From Candidatus Omnitrophota bacterium (GTDB lineage: Bacteria > Omnitrophota > Gorgyraeia > Gorgyraeales > Gorgyraeaceae), in assembly GCA_026387235.1 (NCBI GenBank), contig JAPLMD010000042.1:3185-67184 (forward strand): a stretch of DNA of 64,000 bases. Reading direction: 5' to 3'. Position numbers and translations under genes: made by a program. Positions 55,078-64,000 of the stretch are shown piece after piece. Each line of letters opens with the position of its first letter. Positions within the stretch are counted from its first letter, which is position 1. The notes under the pieces are model-generated. The model was not told the origin of the DNA, did not search any database, and was given only the letters and a program-made list of their open reading frames with translations.

Positions 55078-57255
55078 CTACTTTTTTCTGGTATCTTCCG
55101 GATATTCTACGCGGCTATGATATATGCCTGTTAAGATGTGCGTAAAAATCTCCGCTATCTTCTCAAGATCTTTCAACGTCAATTCGCATTCGTCCAGCTG
55201 AGCGTCTATGAATTTATTATTTATAATTTTTTTAACAAGGCCCTGTATGCTGGAAGGCGTGGGGTCGTCGAGCGTGCGCGAAGCAGCCTCTACCGAATCA
55301 GCCAGAAGCACGCACGCTGCTTCTTTTGTCTGCGGCTTGGGACCGGGATACCTGAAGCCTTCTTCAAATACATCTTCATCCCCTGTTTTCTCAAGAGCCC
55401 TTTTAAAGAAATAAAAAACAAGGCCTGTCCCGTGGTGCTGTTTTATTATATCCACAATTCTTCTATTCAGGCCATATTTTTGAGCAAGCTCAACCCCATT
55501 TTTAACGTGGCTTGTGATTATAAGACTGCTCATGGTAGGAGAAAGTTTATCGTGCATAGATTTCCCCGTTTGATTTTCACTGAAATACTCCGCTTTTTCT
55601 ATCTTACCTATGTCATGAAAATATGCGCTCACGCGCGCCAGAAGCGCATTTGCTCCTATTGCCTCGCAAGCTGCCTCCACGAGATTCCCCACCACAAGAC
55701 TGTGATGATAAGTGCCGGGCGCTTTTATAACCATCTCTTTTAAAATAGGGTGATTCAGATCAGCTATTTCCAAAAGGCTTATATCAGTAATAGTCTTTGA
55801 CGTTGTTTCAAAAATAGGCAGAACCCCGGTAACTATTATAGCTGACATCACTCCATTCGCAAGGCCTATGAACGCCTCTGTCATGTAAATATTAAAATCC
55901 AGGGAATTCAGAAGCCCCATTCCTATAAAATATGCCATGTTGGCAAACCCAACCACAAGTCCCGCTGATATAAGCTGCGATCTTCTCCTGACATTTCTTA
56001 CTGCAAAAATACCTATTATGCCGCCCACGATTGATACCGCTGCTACATCCAGACTGCCTCCTGAAATCATGCCTATAATTATACTCAAGAAACACGTGAC
56101 TACTATCGCGAGCCTGTTATTAATGAGTAACGCTATAAGCATCGAAGCGGCCGACACAGGAATCATATTGCTGGGCCAGGGAGATATTACTATAAGTTTT
56201 CCCGCAAGCGTCATCAGAATGCATATGGAAGCGAGAAGAACAAGTTCTTTATTACCCACTATTAAATCAGGTTCATAGAATTCAATATAAAGAACGAGAA
56301 GCAGTATAAATAAGCCTACTAAAAGCGCAATGCCAAAAAAAGCAGCTACCTTAATCGTAGGCGGATCGCGCTGTTCAATTGCCTCAAGTTTTGCCATGTG
56401 TTCTTTTGATACACGCTCTCCTTTATTAAGTATCAGCTCATTCTTCTTAACCTCTACCATATTATAGACAGGTTTAATTTTTGCAGCTGCAGCCTGCTTT
56501 CTGAAATCTGTCTCTTCTTCCTGATATCTTACGTTTGAGTTCAATGCCGCGCTTATCAAATCCACAAGAAGGATTTTTTCTTTTCTATCTTTCAGAGAGG
56601 AAGGAAAAGACTCTATTTTTTTTCTTATATCTGAAGATGCCCAGAATTCTTCCGCAGGCTTTTCTTGTTCTGTGTTTTTGGATTTATTTATCAGCGTTAC
56701 AGTCTTTAGAAGATCTTTCTTTAACTTAGTCGATTCTGATACAGAAATAATCCCTGTATCCATTATGTATTCTACTATTTTGACTGTTTCTGCAAAAAAC
56801 CCCTGCAAGTCTTTAAGGTCAAGTATGCCGCTTGTTATAGGAAAAGGCACATTGTAAGACTCGCTGGCTGCCTTTATTTTTAAAAGCTTTTCCTCTACCG
56901 CTCCTTCATCATTTTTGAGCAGCTCTATTGCGCTAAAAAACGAATTGATCTTATTTAAAGCATCTTCTTTAACAGAGCCGTCAATACTATAGACAGGCGG
57001 CACTAAACTTATAGCATCTCTTTTAACAGCTTCTGTGGTTTTATAGTCTATATCGCCTTTTATTTTAAAATCAAAAGGCGCATATATTGATCTAAGCACT
57101 ATATCGCCTTCGTGAAATTCAGTCTTAGTAAGGCCTGTATCCCATTCTGCTATTATCCCTACAAGAATAAAACAGGTAGCAAGCGCTATCAGAACATGCG
57201 ATATCTTATTGGGGATTTTGTTAAACTTATGTTTTTTATTTAGAATTTTCTTCAT
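55078..57255 (-). CDS. 7TM-receptor-coupled HD hydrolase (YqfF/PgpH family; c-di-AMP phosphodiesterase candidate).
   Basis: Extracellular N-domain, seven transmembrane helices, C-terminal HD domain (H...HSL.VGNL...A...GANALLARV.AYFHDIGK). 725 aa. Sits in the conserved ybeY-dgkA neighbourhood. Confidence 0.85.
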   Translation of the reverse strand: MKKILNKKHKFNKIPNKISHVLIALATCFILVGIIAEWDTGLTKTEFHEGDIVLRSIYAPFDFKIKGDIDYKTTEAVKRDAISLVPPVYSIDGSVKEDALNKINSFFSAIELLKNDEGAVEEKLLKIKAASESYNVPFPITSGILDLKDLQGFFAETVKIVEYIMDTGIISVSESTKLKKDLLKTVTLINKSKNTEQEKPAEEFWASSDIRKKIESFPSSLKDRKEKILLVDLISAALNSNVRYQEEETDFRKQAAAAKIKPVYNMVEVKKNELILNKGERVSKEHMAKLEAIEQRDPPTIKVAAFFGIALLVGLFILLLVLYIEFYEPDLIVGNKELVLLASICILMTLAGKLIVISPWPSNMIPVSAASMLIALLINNRLAIVVTCFLSIIIGMISGGSLDVAAVSIVGGIIGIFAVRNVRRRSQLISAGLVVGFANMAYFIGMGLLNSLDFNIYMTEAFIGLANGVMSAIIVTGVLPIFETTSKTITDISLLEIADLNHPILKEMVIKAPGTYHHSLVVGNLVEAACEAIGANALLARVSAYFHDIGKIEKAEYFSENQTGKSMHDKLSPTMSSLIITSHVKNGVELAQKYGLNRRIVDIIKQHHGTGLVFYFFKRALEKTGDEDVFEEGFRYPGPKPQTKEAACVLLADSVEAASRTLDDPTPSSIQGLVKKIINNKFIDAQLDECELTLKDLEKIAEIFTHILTGIYHSRVEYPEDTRKK

Positions 57256-57270
57256 ATTTCACGCAATCTG

Positions 57271-57864
57271 CTATTTCGGTATTGCAAGCTTCTGTCCAGG
57301 CCTTATCCTATCCGGGCTCTTAAGGACATGCTTATTTGCATCATATATACTCTGCCATTTTTGTGTAGTCCCGAAAAGCTTTTGAGATATCTTTTGAAGC
57401 GTGTCGCCTTTCTGAACAACGTAATATTCTTTTTGAGCCCCGCTGGCGCTGATCCCGGCGTCGCTTGAAGGCTCGCTGTAAACTATCTGCGGCATTCTAG
57501 AAGATCCTAATCCTGCGTTAAACCTCCCGTCAGGTACTTGCCCTTTTCCGCTCTCAGTCACATAAACTTCTTTTTCAGGAACGACGTTTCCGCGCACATA
57601 GCCCCTGTTTCCATACAGTTCCTTATCTTTCACCTCTTGGGTGGTCTTGTATCCTGAAGGAAGCTCCACTTCCACGTTATAAATCGTCCTTGTCTTTTTT
57701 ACCTGCTCTGTCTCGCTGACCGCAGGAGGAGTGCCCATTATAACGCCTCTATTACCGCTTATTTCCTGATCAACTCTTTCCATCTCAACAGTATAAGTCC
57801 TAATCACGCACCCTGAAATAAAAAACATCCCGAGTAAAATGCAACACAGAGCCGCGTTCTTCAT
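57271..57864 (-). CDS. LysM-domain lipoprotein.
   Basis: Lipobox ISGC. C-terminal LysM ([19 protein letters not shown]....W..I...N.......I.PGQKL.IP). Confidence 0.7.
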   Translation of the reverse strand: MKNAALCCILLGMFFISGCVIRTYTVEMERVDQEISGNRGVIMGTPPAVSETEQVKKTRTIYNVEVELPSGYKTTQEVKDKELYGNRGYVRGNVVPEKEVYVTESGKGQVPDGRFNAGLGSSRMPQIVYSEPSSDAGISASGAQKEYYVVQKGDTLQKISQKLFGTTQKWQSIYDANKHVLKSPDRIRPGQKLAIPK

Positions 57865-59231
57865 AACTCCTCCTTTTTTATCCTTATTCCAAGTTCCTTT
57901 AGCTGTTTTTCATCTACCGGCGACGGCGCTTCTGTCAACGGACAGACCGCCTTTTGCGTTTTTGGAAAAGCTATTACATCCCTTATCGTATCCGAGCCTG
58001 CCATCAACGCTATGAGCCTGTCCAGGCCGAGCGCAATGCCTCCGTGCGGAGGCGCGCCATATTCAAATGCCTCCAGTAAAAATCCAAAACGCTCTTTCGC
58101 CTCTTCCATGCTCAAACCTATGCGTTTAAATATCTTTTCCTGTAAATCTCTCTTATGAATCCTTATGCTGCCTGAGGCTATCTCAACGCCGTTTACGACA
58201 AGGTCGTAAGCCCTAGACCTGACCTTGTCCGGATCTTTTTCTATCAAATCTATATCTTCCACCAAAGGATACGTAAACGGGTGATGTTCCATGTCCCATT
58301 TTTTTTCTTCTTCGTTGTATCTGAATAAAGGAAAACTCGTAACCCACAAAAATTGGAATCCGGCCTTATTTTCTCTTATATCAGGCTTATCTGAATTGTA
58401 TTTTTCCATCGCCTCTTTATAAGACATCCTGGGGAACGGGATCTTCAGTTCCAGCCCTATCGTCTCTTTAAATACATAAAAAAGCAGCTTTTCTATTATC
58501 GCGAATATCTCTTCTTCGTCCGTAAAAGAAAGCTCCATGTCCAGCTGTGTAAATTCAGGCTGCCTGTCCGCCCTCAGGTCCTCATCCCTGAAACACTTGG
58601 CTATCTGAAAATACCTCTCAAGGCCCGACACCATCAATAACTGCTTGAACAGTTGAGGAGACTGCGGAAGCGCAAAAAACCTTCCGTGATTCAACCTGGA
58701 CGGAACCAGAAAATCCCTGGCGCCTTCAGGAGTGGATTTTGTAAGTATCGGCGTTTCCACCTCTATAAAATCCTTTTTATCCAGAAAATCCCTCATTGAT
58801 TTTATTATCTTATGCCGCAATATGAGTTTTTTCTGGACCAAAGGCCTTCTTAAATCAATATACCTGTATTTCAACCTTACCTCTTCCGATATCTCGTTCG
58901 CACTATCCAGTTCAAAAGGAGGCGTGAGAGACGGGTTAAGTATCTCTAGTTCTTCAACGCCTAGCTCAACCTCGCCCGTAGGTATATCCGGATTTTCTGT
59001 GCCTTTCGGCCTTTGCTGCACTACGCCTTTCACGGCTATGACGTATTCGCTGCGAAGCTCTTCAGCGGCTTTCATTTTAAAAAATACTATCTGGGTCATG
59101 CCGTACCTGTCGCGCACATCCACAAAAATCAATTTTCCATGGTCTCGTCTTTTGTTCACCCAGCCTGTCAGAATCGCTTTCTCGCCTATATTCTTAACTG
59201 TCAAATCCCCGCATGTATGCGTCCGCTTCAT
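57861..59231 (-). CDS. aspS: Aspartate--tRNA ligase, compact bacterial-type core lacking the GAD insertion domain.
   Basis: N-terminal OB fold (RTHTCGDL....G....L.GWV...RDHG.LIF.D.RDR.G..Q.VF). Motif 2 ([44 protein letters not shown]). Motif 3 (GAPPHGG.ALGLDRL). The sequence passes from ..SDKPDIR straight to ...[10 protein letters not shown] with no ~130-aa GAD domain, giving 456 aa. Confidence 0.9.
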   Translation of the reverse strand: MKRTHTCGDLTVKNIGEKAILTGWVNKRRDHGKLIFVDVRDRYGMTQIVFFKMKAAEELRSEYVIAVKGVVQQRPKGTENPDIPTGEVELGVEELEILNPSLTPPFELDSANEISEEVRLKYRYIDLRRPLVQKKLILRHKIIKSMRDFLDKKDFIEVETPILTKSTPEGARDFLVPSRLNHGRFFALPQSPQLFKQLLMVSGLERYFQIAKCFRDEDLRADRQPEFTQLDMELSFTDEEEIFAIIEKLLFYVFKETIGLELKIPFPRMSYKEAMEKYNSDKPDIRENKAGFQFLWVTSFPLFRYNEEEKKWDMEHHPFTYPLVEDIDLIEKDPDKVRSRAYDLVVNGVEIASGSIRIHKRDLQEKIFKRIGLSMEEAKERFGFLLEAFEYGAPPHGGIALGLDRLIALMAGSDTIRDVIAFPKTQKAVCPLTEAPSPVDEKQLKELGIRIKKEEL

Positions 59232-59235
59232 CTTA

Positions 59236-60483
59236 TTATCTCCGTAATTCTATTATTATTTTTTCCAATTCCACTTCTTTCTGGCTATGGTTCTCCATAT
59301 CCCTGACGATGACTTTTTTATTCTTGATTTCTTCCTCTCCAAGGATAACAACAAATTTAGCGCCGAGTTTTTCAGCTTTTCTCATCTGCGCTTTTAAACT
59401 TTTTGTATCATAATCTATTTCGCCTGCGATGCCTGAGCGGCGTAAAGAATACAGTAATTTAAAAGCCTCGCCGCAAAATCCTTCTCCGGCAACCGCAACG
59501 AAAACATTGGCCCTTGGGCGGAGAGCATGAGGCATAGAGCCCTTTTCCAGCGCCAACGCTAACCTCTCCATGCCAAACGCAAATCCAATCGCAGGCGTAT
59601 CATTACCATCAAGCTCTTTGATTAGATTATTATATCTTCCGCCCGCGCATATGGCGTCTTTTGCCCCTAGATCATTCTGCGTTATTTCAAACACGGTCTT
59701 AGTGTAATAATCAAGACCTCTTACTATTTTATAGTCTACCGCGTATTCAATGCCTATAATATCCAAGCCTTTTTTAACTTTTTCAAAATGATCCGCGCAG
59801 TCGCCGCATAGCGCGCTTTCCACGGCAATATTCTCCGCAATAGTCTTGCAGGAAGGCTCTTTGCAATCAAATATCCTCAGCACGTTTTTATCGAAACGGC
59901 CCTTGCAGGTTTCGCATAATTTTTCAAGATAAGGTTTGAAACTCTTTTTATGCCTTTCCATTACGCTAATTTTATCTTTCTGGCAGCCCAGGCTGTTTAA
60001 TTTTATATGAAACTTTTTAATGCCGAGCTGCTCCAGAAATCCTGCCGCGAGCGCAACAACCTCCGCGTCAATAAGCGGATTATCAGATCCTATTGCCTCG
60101 ACCCCTATCTGATAGAACTGCCTCTGCCTGCCCTGCTGAGGCCTTTCGCTCCTGAACATCGGGCCTATGTAAAATAACTTGGAAACCCCGCCTGCCTGAA
60201 ATAGAGAATTTTCTATGTACGCGCGCACGATGGAAGCCGTAGCCTCAGGCCTCAGGGCAATAGACCTCCCGCCTCTATCAGAAAAAACATACATCTCTTT
60301 CTGGACAATGTCAGTCGCATCGCCTATGCTTCTTATAAATAAAGAAGCATCTTCTATTACAGGCGTCTTTATCTCTTTATACCCATATATATTAAATATA
60401 TCCCTGCCGCTGGATTCAATGTATTGCCATAAACCTATTTCATCGGGCAATATATCCTTTGTGCCGCGTAAAGCTTTTATCAT
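59236..60483 (-). CDS. hisS: Histidine--tRNA ligase.
   Basis: G.KD.LP.E.......E......F..YGY.EI.TP..E; motif 2 FRSERPQ.GR.RQF.Q; C-terminal anticodon-binding domain. 415 aa. Confidence 0.92.
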   Translation of the reverse strand: MIKALRGTKDILPDEIGLWQYIESSGRDIFNIYGYKEIKTPVIEDASLFIRSIGDATDIVQKEMYVFSDRGGRSIALRPEATASIVRAYIENSLFQAGGVSKLFYIGPMFRSERPQQGRQRQFYQIGVEAIGSDNPLIDAEVVALAAGFLEQLGIKKFHIKLNSLGCQKDKISVMERHKKSFKPYLEKLCETCKGRFDKNVLRIFDCKEPSCKTIAENIAVESALCGDCADHFEKVKKGLDIIGIEYAVDYKIVRGLDYYTKTVFEITQNDLGAKDAICAGGRYNNLIKELDGNDTPAIGFAFGMERLALALEKGSMPHALRPRANVFVAVAGEGFCGEAFKLLYSLRRSGIAGEIDYDTKSLKAQMRKAEKLGAKFVVILGEEEIKNKKVIVRDMENHSQKEVELEKIIIELRR

Positions 60484-60497
60484 ATTTTATATAAAAA

Positions 60498-60782
60498 TTA
60501 TTTTACCTTTGCCTTCATGATGAGGCCGGGTTTGAATATGGCTACTTTTTTAGGCTGAACAGGGACTTGTGCGCCTGTCCTGGGATTGCGGCCCATGCGG
60601 CCTTTCCTTGACTTTGTCTTAAACACGCCGAAATTCCTGAGCTCTATTTTTTCGCCTCTGGCCAGCGCGTCAACGATAACATCAAACGTCATCTGTACGA
60701 CTTTTTTAACATCTATCTGCTTAATATTGGTGTCTGTCGCAATCTTCATTACAATGTCTTTTTTGGTCATACTCTTCCCCAT
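60498..60782 (-). CDS. hup: HU-family nucleoid-associated DNA-binding protein.
   Basis: MTKKDIV..IA.......K.V...........AL..GEKIELRNFGVF.....K.R.GRNPRTG..V.V....V..FKPG. The start is either MGKS (60782) or MTKK (60770). Confidence 0.88.
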   Translation of the reverse strand: MGKSMTKKDIVMKIATDTNIKQIDVKKVVQMTFDVIVDALARGEKIELRNFGVFKTKSRKGRMGRNPRTGAQVPVQPKKVAIFKPGLIMKAKVK

Positions 60783-60909
60783 AATAAGCCTCCTTGGTTT
60801 TTTTATATCTATCGTAAATATAATGGGTAGTGTAACAGGTTAAGCTGCTATTGTCAAACGAATTCTGGATAGTTATTCTTTCCGGATGGCAGGATCAACA
60901 GTATTAAAA

Positions 60910-63900
60910 TTAACTTTTCTCGAATTTGATGTGTTCTTTGCCGATGAGGGTTTCCAGTTCCCCGGCGAGTTCATTGGTAGGGCTCACGAAAAGTTTTCTA
61001 TCTATAAGCTGGCGGTAGGAACCGTTTGTCTTTGTTGAAAAATTAAGGTAGACAGGCGTATCGCCTTGATATCTGCTGAACACACTTCTCAACCTTCCAA
61101 AAAGTTCCTCATCCATACCCTGGGATAAAAGTTCTATTGAAACAGACTGGGTAAATTTTTTTCTTGCATCAGAAATAGGGATAATTTCTTCAACTATTAT
61201 CTTCGGCCTTTCTTCTTTAAGGCTCAGTCTGCCATTTACAAATATGGCCACATTGGGCACTATATATTTAGCAACATTCTTGTATGAATTCGGGAACACA
61301 AGCGCTTCCACGCTGCCTTCCATGTCTTCAATCATCATGATAGCCATCTTCTCACCGGAGCGTTTCGTAACCGTATTCTTTATCTTATTTATTATGCCGC
61401 CAAACCAAACCTTCTGCCCGTCTTCCAGATTCTTTAGCCCTACGCTTCCGGACGTAGAATACTCTTTCAGTATTTTCTCATACTTGGCAAGCGGATGGCC
61501 TGTGATATAAAATCCTATCATATCTTTTTCAAAATTGAGCAGCTGGCTTTCAGGCCACTCCTTGATATCAGGCGTATGATGGGATCGGCTTGTTTCTTTA
61601 AAAAGAGTCATCTGGCCCGTAGCTGATTCTTTGTTCGCCGCGCCTGCCGCATCCATCACTTCGCCCAATATAGCCATCAGCTGCGCCCTCTTTAAACCCA
61701 CACTATCAAACGCCCCGCATTTTATCAGGCTCTCCAAAACTTTTTTATTCGCGAGCCTTGAATCAGTCCACTCGCAGAATTCATATAAATTATTAAACCG
61801 CCCGTGTTTCTTCCTCGCATCTATTATTGATTCTATTGCGCCCTCTCCGACATTCTTAACAGCGCTCAGGCCGAATCTTATTTCATTTTCATTTATCATA
61901 GTGAAGTTTGCATAACTCTCATTAACGTCTGGCGGCAATATCTTTATGCCCATGCGCTCTGCTTCGTCTATGTATTCAACTATCTTATCGGTGTTATCTT
62001 TTTCACTTGTCAGCAATGCTGTCATGAATTCAACAGGATAGTTGGCTTTGAGATACGCAGTCCTGTAAGAGATCATCGCGTATGCAGCTGAATGACTTTT
62101 GTTAAAACCGTATCCTGCAAAATGTTCTATTAAACTAAATATTTTTTCCGCAATCCTTTTGTCGATCTTATTCTTTACAGCGCCGTCTATAAACGCCTTT
62201 TTCTGCTGTTCCATTATCTCCGGAGTTTTCTTGCCTATCGCCCTTCTTAAAATATCTGCCTGGCTAAGCGAAAAGCCCGCGAGGCTTGAAACTATCATCA
62301 TTACCTGCTCCTGATACACGATAATGCCGTATGTTTCCTTAAGGCTCGCCTCAAGAAGAGGGTGATCATATCTCACATCTATTTTTCCATGTTTGCGTTT
62401 CATGTAATCGTCCAGCATTCCGCTTCCTATAGGGCCTGGTCTGTATAACGCGAGAAGAGCTATTATATCTTCAAACTTTTCAGCTTTCAATTTCCTTAAT
62501 AAATCCCTCATGCCTGAACTTTCTAACTGGAATATGCCCGTGGATTCCGCGTTGTTAAAAAGTTTATAAGTCTTGGGGTCATCCATTGGCATGTCTTCGA
62601 CTTTCAGATTTATCCCATTCACTCTGTTTATTATTTTGAGCGCTTCCTGAATAACGGTCAGAGTCCTCAAACCCAGAAAATCCATTTTCAAAAGCCCAAT
62701 CTTCTCAAGCGAACCCATCGCGTAGCCGGTGGATATCTGTCCATCGCTAGTTTTAAAAAGCGGCGCATGATTGGTCAAGGAATCTTCGCTTATAACAACG
62801 CCTGCGGCGTGAGTAGAGGCGTGGCGCGTAAGTCCTTCGAGTTTTTTCGAAACATTGATAAGCTCTCTCACTTTTGAATCTTCTTTGCAGAGCTTTGCAA
62901 GCTCGGGCTCTTCGTCAAGCGCGCGCTCGAGGGTCATATCAGGGTCCATCGGCACAAGTTTTGCTATCTTATCCACGTCCGCGTAAGGAAGATTCATCGC
63001 CCTTCCGACATCTCTTATAACCGCCTTGGCTGCCATGGTCCCGAACGTTATGATCTGGGCCACATTATCCTTGCCGTATTTTTGAATAACATATTCTATA
63101 ACCTCGCCTCTTTTTTCATAACAGAAATCTATGTCTATATCAGGCATGCTGACGCGCTCGGAATTCAAAAATCTTTCAAAGAGAAGGTTATATTTCAAGG
63201 GGTCTATGTCTGTTATTCCAAGAAGATAGCTGACAATGCTTCCAGCCGCAGAACCTCTTCCGGGGCCCACTGCTATGCCTTTTGACTTCGCGTAATTAAT
63301 AAAATCCCACACTATGAGAAAATAACTCGTGTAGCCGGCTTTAGTAATAACCTTAAGTTCATTTTCAAGCCTGCCTTTTATCTGGATAGTCACTTCTTTG
63401 TATCTATGCCTGAGATTTTCTTCGCATAAATCCTTTAGGTATTTTTCGCGCGTCACACCTTCCGGAACAGTATAATGAGGGAGAAATGTTTTCTTAAAAT
63501 CCAGCTCAAGATTGCATCTCTCGGCTATCTTTATCGTATTTGAAATGGCCTCAGGCACATCCTTGAAAAGCGCTTTCATTTCATCGCCGGATTTAAAATA
63601 AAACTGATCTGTCTGTAGTTTCATGCGGTCAGGATCGTCAAGCGTTGTCTGAGTCTGTATGCAAAGGAGCGCTTCGTGGGCCTTTGCGCTGTCTCCGGTG
63701 AGATAATGCACGTCATTCGTGGCTACAAGACCTATGCCCAGCTCCTTGCCCAATCTTATAAGTTCCTTGCTTACTTCTTTCTGCTCCTGGATACCGTTAT
63801 CCTGCAATTCAAAATAAAAATTTTCCTTGCCGAGAATGTCGCGGTATTCGGCCGCGAGCTGTTTAGCTTTTTCTTCTTTATTGTTCATCACTGAACGAGG

Positions 63901-64000
63901 GATTTCGCCTTTCAAGCAGCTCGAGAGACCTATCAATCCTTTTGAATACTGCGCCAGCACCTCTTTGTCAATCCTCGGCTTATAATAGAACCCTTCCAGA
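60910..64000 (-). CDS. dnaE: DNA polymerase III alpha subunit, 5'-partial (the N-terminus lies beyond the window end).
   Basis: The frame stays open through 64000 (…LEGFYYKPRIDKEVLAQYSKGLIGLSSC). Conserved DnaE blocks include GPGRGSAAGSIVSYLLGITDIDPL, FLGLRTLTVI and the OB fold. The stop is at 60910. Confidence 0.93.
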   Translation of the reverse strand, partial: LEGFYYKPRIDKEVLAQYSKGLIGLSSCLKGEIPRSVMNNKEEKAKQLAAEYRDILGKENFYFELQDNGIQEQKEVSKELIRLGKELGIGLVATNDVHYLTGDSAKAHEALLCIQTQTTLDDPDRMKLQTDQFYFKSGDEMKALFKDVPEAISNTIKIAERCNLELDFKKTFLPHYTVPEGVTREKYLKDLCEENLRHRYKEVTIQIKGRLENELKVITKAGYTSYFLIVWDFINYAKSKGIAVGPGRGSAAGSIVSYLLGITDIDPLKYNLLFERFLNSERVSMPDIDIDFCYEKRGEVIEYVIQKYGKDNVAQIITFGTMAAKAVIRDVGRAMNLPYADVDKIAKLVPMDPDMTLERALDEEPELAKLCKEDSKVRELINVSKKLEGLTRHASTHAAGVVISEDSLTNHAPLFKTSDGQISTGYAMGSLEKIGLLKMDFLGLRTLTVIQEALKIINRVNGINLKVEDMPMDDPKTYKLFNNAESTGIFQLESSGMRDLLRKLKAEKFEDIIALLALYRPGPIGSGMLDDYMKRKHGKIDVRYDHPLLEASLKETYGIIVYQEQVMMIVSSLAGFSLSQADILRRAIGKKTPEIMEQQKKAFIDGAVKNKIDKRIAEKIFSLIEHFAGYGFNKSHSAAYAMISYRTAYLKANYPVEFMTALLTSEKDNTDKIVEYIDEAERMGIKILPPDVNESYANFTMINENEIRFGLSAVKNVGEGAIESIIDARKKHGRFNNLYEFCEWTDSRLANKKVLESLIKCGAFDSVGLKRAQLMAILGEVMDAAGAANKESATGQMTLFKETSRSHHTPDIKEWPESQLLNFEKDMIGFYITGHPLAKYEKILKEYSTSGSVGLKNLEDGQKVWFGGIINKIKNTVTKRSGEKMAIMMIEDMEGSVEALVFPNSYKNVAKYIVPNVAIFVNGRLSLKEERPKIIVEEIIPISDARKKFTQSVSIELLSQGMDEELFGRLRSVFSRYQGDTPVYLNFSTKTNGSYRQLIDRKLFVSPTNELAGELETLIGKEHIKFEKS

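Noticed and set aside
1-64000. CRISPR arrays or defence islands (RM, TA, Abi, CBASS and similar)
   Set aside because: No regularly spaced direct repeats, no cas-like or nuclease/methylase gene pairs. The PIN-PhoH (YlaK-type) protein is a conserved housekeeping-type family and not a toxin-antitoxin pair.

Overview
This 64 kb window looks like a low-GC chromosomal segment from an anaerobic, probably uncultivated bacterium. About 60 of 63 genes are on the minus strand. It contains a large part of a Wood-Ljungdahl (reductive acetyl-CoA) gene cluster, read along the minus strand as fhs-fchA-folD-metF-cooC-cooS-cooF-FNOR-acsB, with acsB running off the window start. After that come housekeeping genes: yraN, rnhB, rplS, trmD, rpsP, murA, prmC, prfA, rpmE, rho, coaE and polA. 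A more accessory-looking stretch (about 20.6-45 kb) carries TPR and BNR proteins, two c-di-GMP signalling proteins, outer-membrane and AsmA-like proteins, glycosyltransferases, cspA, cysE, a hybrid kinase, patatin, yhaM, a LOG-family protein, an M48 peptidase, rlpA, a PIN-PhoH protein, an IS200-like REP-associated transposase (RAYT) with flanking REP palindromes, a porin-like outer-membrane protein and a tRNA-Arg(CCU). The 3' third encodes apt, a sigma-70 family factor, ppdK, glyQS, recO, a dgkA-PAP2 fusion, ybeY, a 7TM-HD hydrolase, a GAD-less aspS, hisS, hup and a 5'-partial dnaE. The most unusual signal is a family of short structured intergenic elements found in 6 full and 1 degenerate copies. 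Each pairs a conserved GC-rich hairpin (GATCCCGAG ... CGCGAGGGAC) with a perfect AT-rich hairpin or palindrome (AAATTTTGTGAAACAAAATTT) that directly abuts the Shine-Dalgarno sequence of the downstream minus-strand gene. Compensatory changes across copies keep the palindrome symmetric. I also see a second GC-rich palindromic family (GCGAAGCGAG-type) and classical REP palindromes around the RAYT. I found no CRISPR array, prophage or recognisable defence system.
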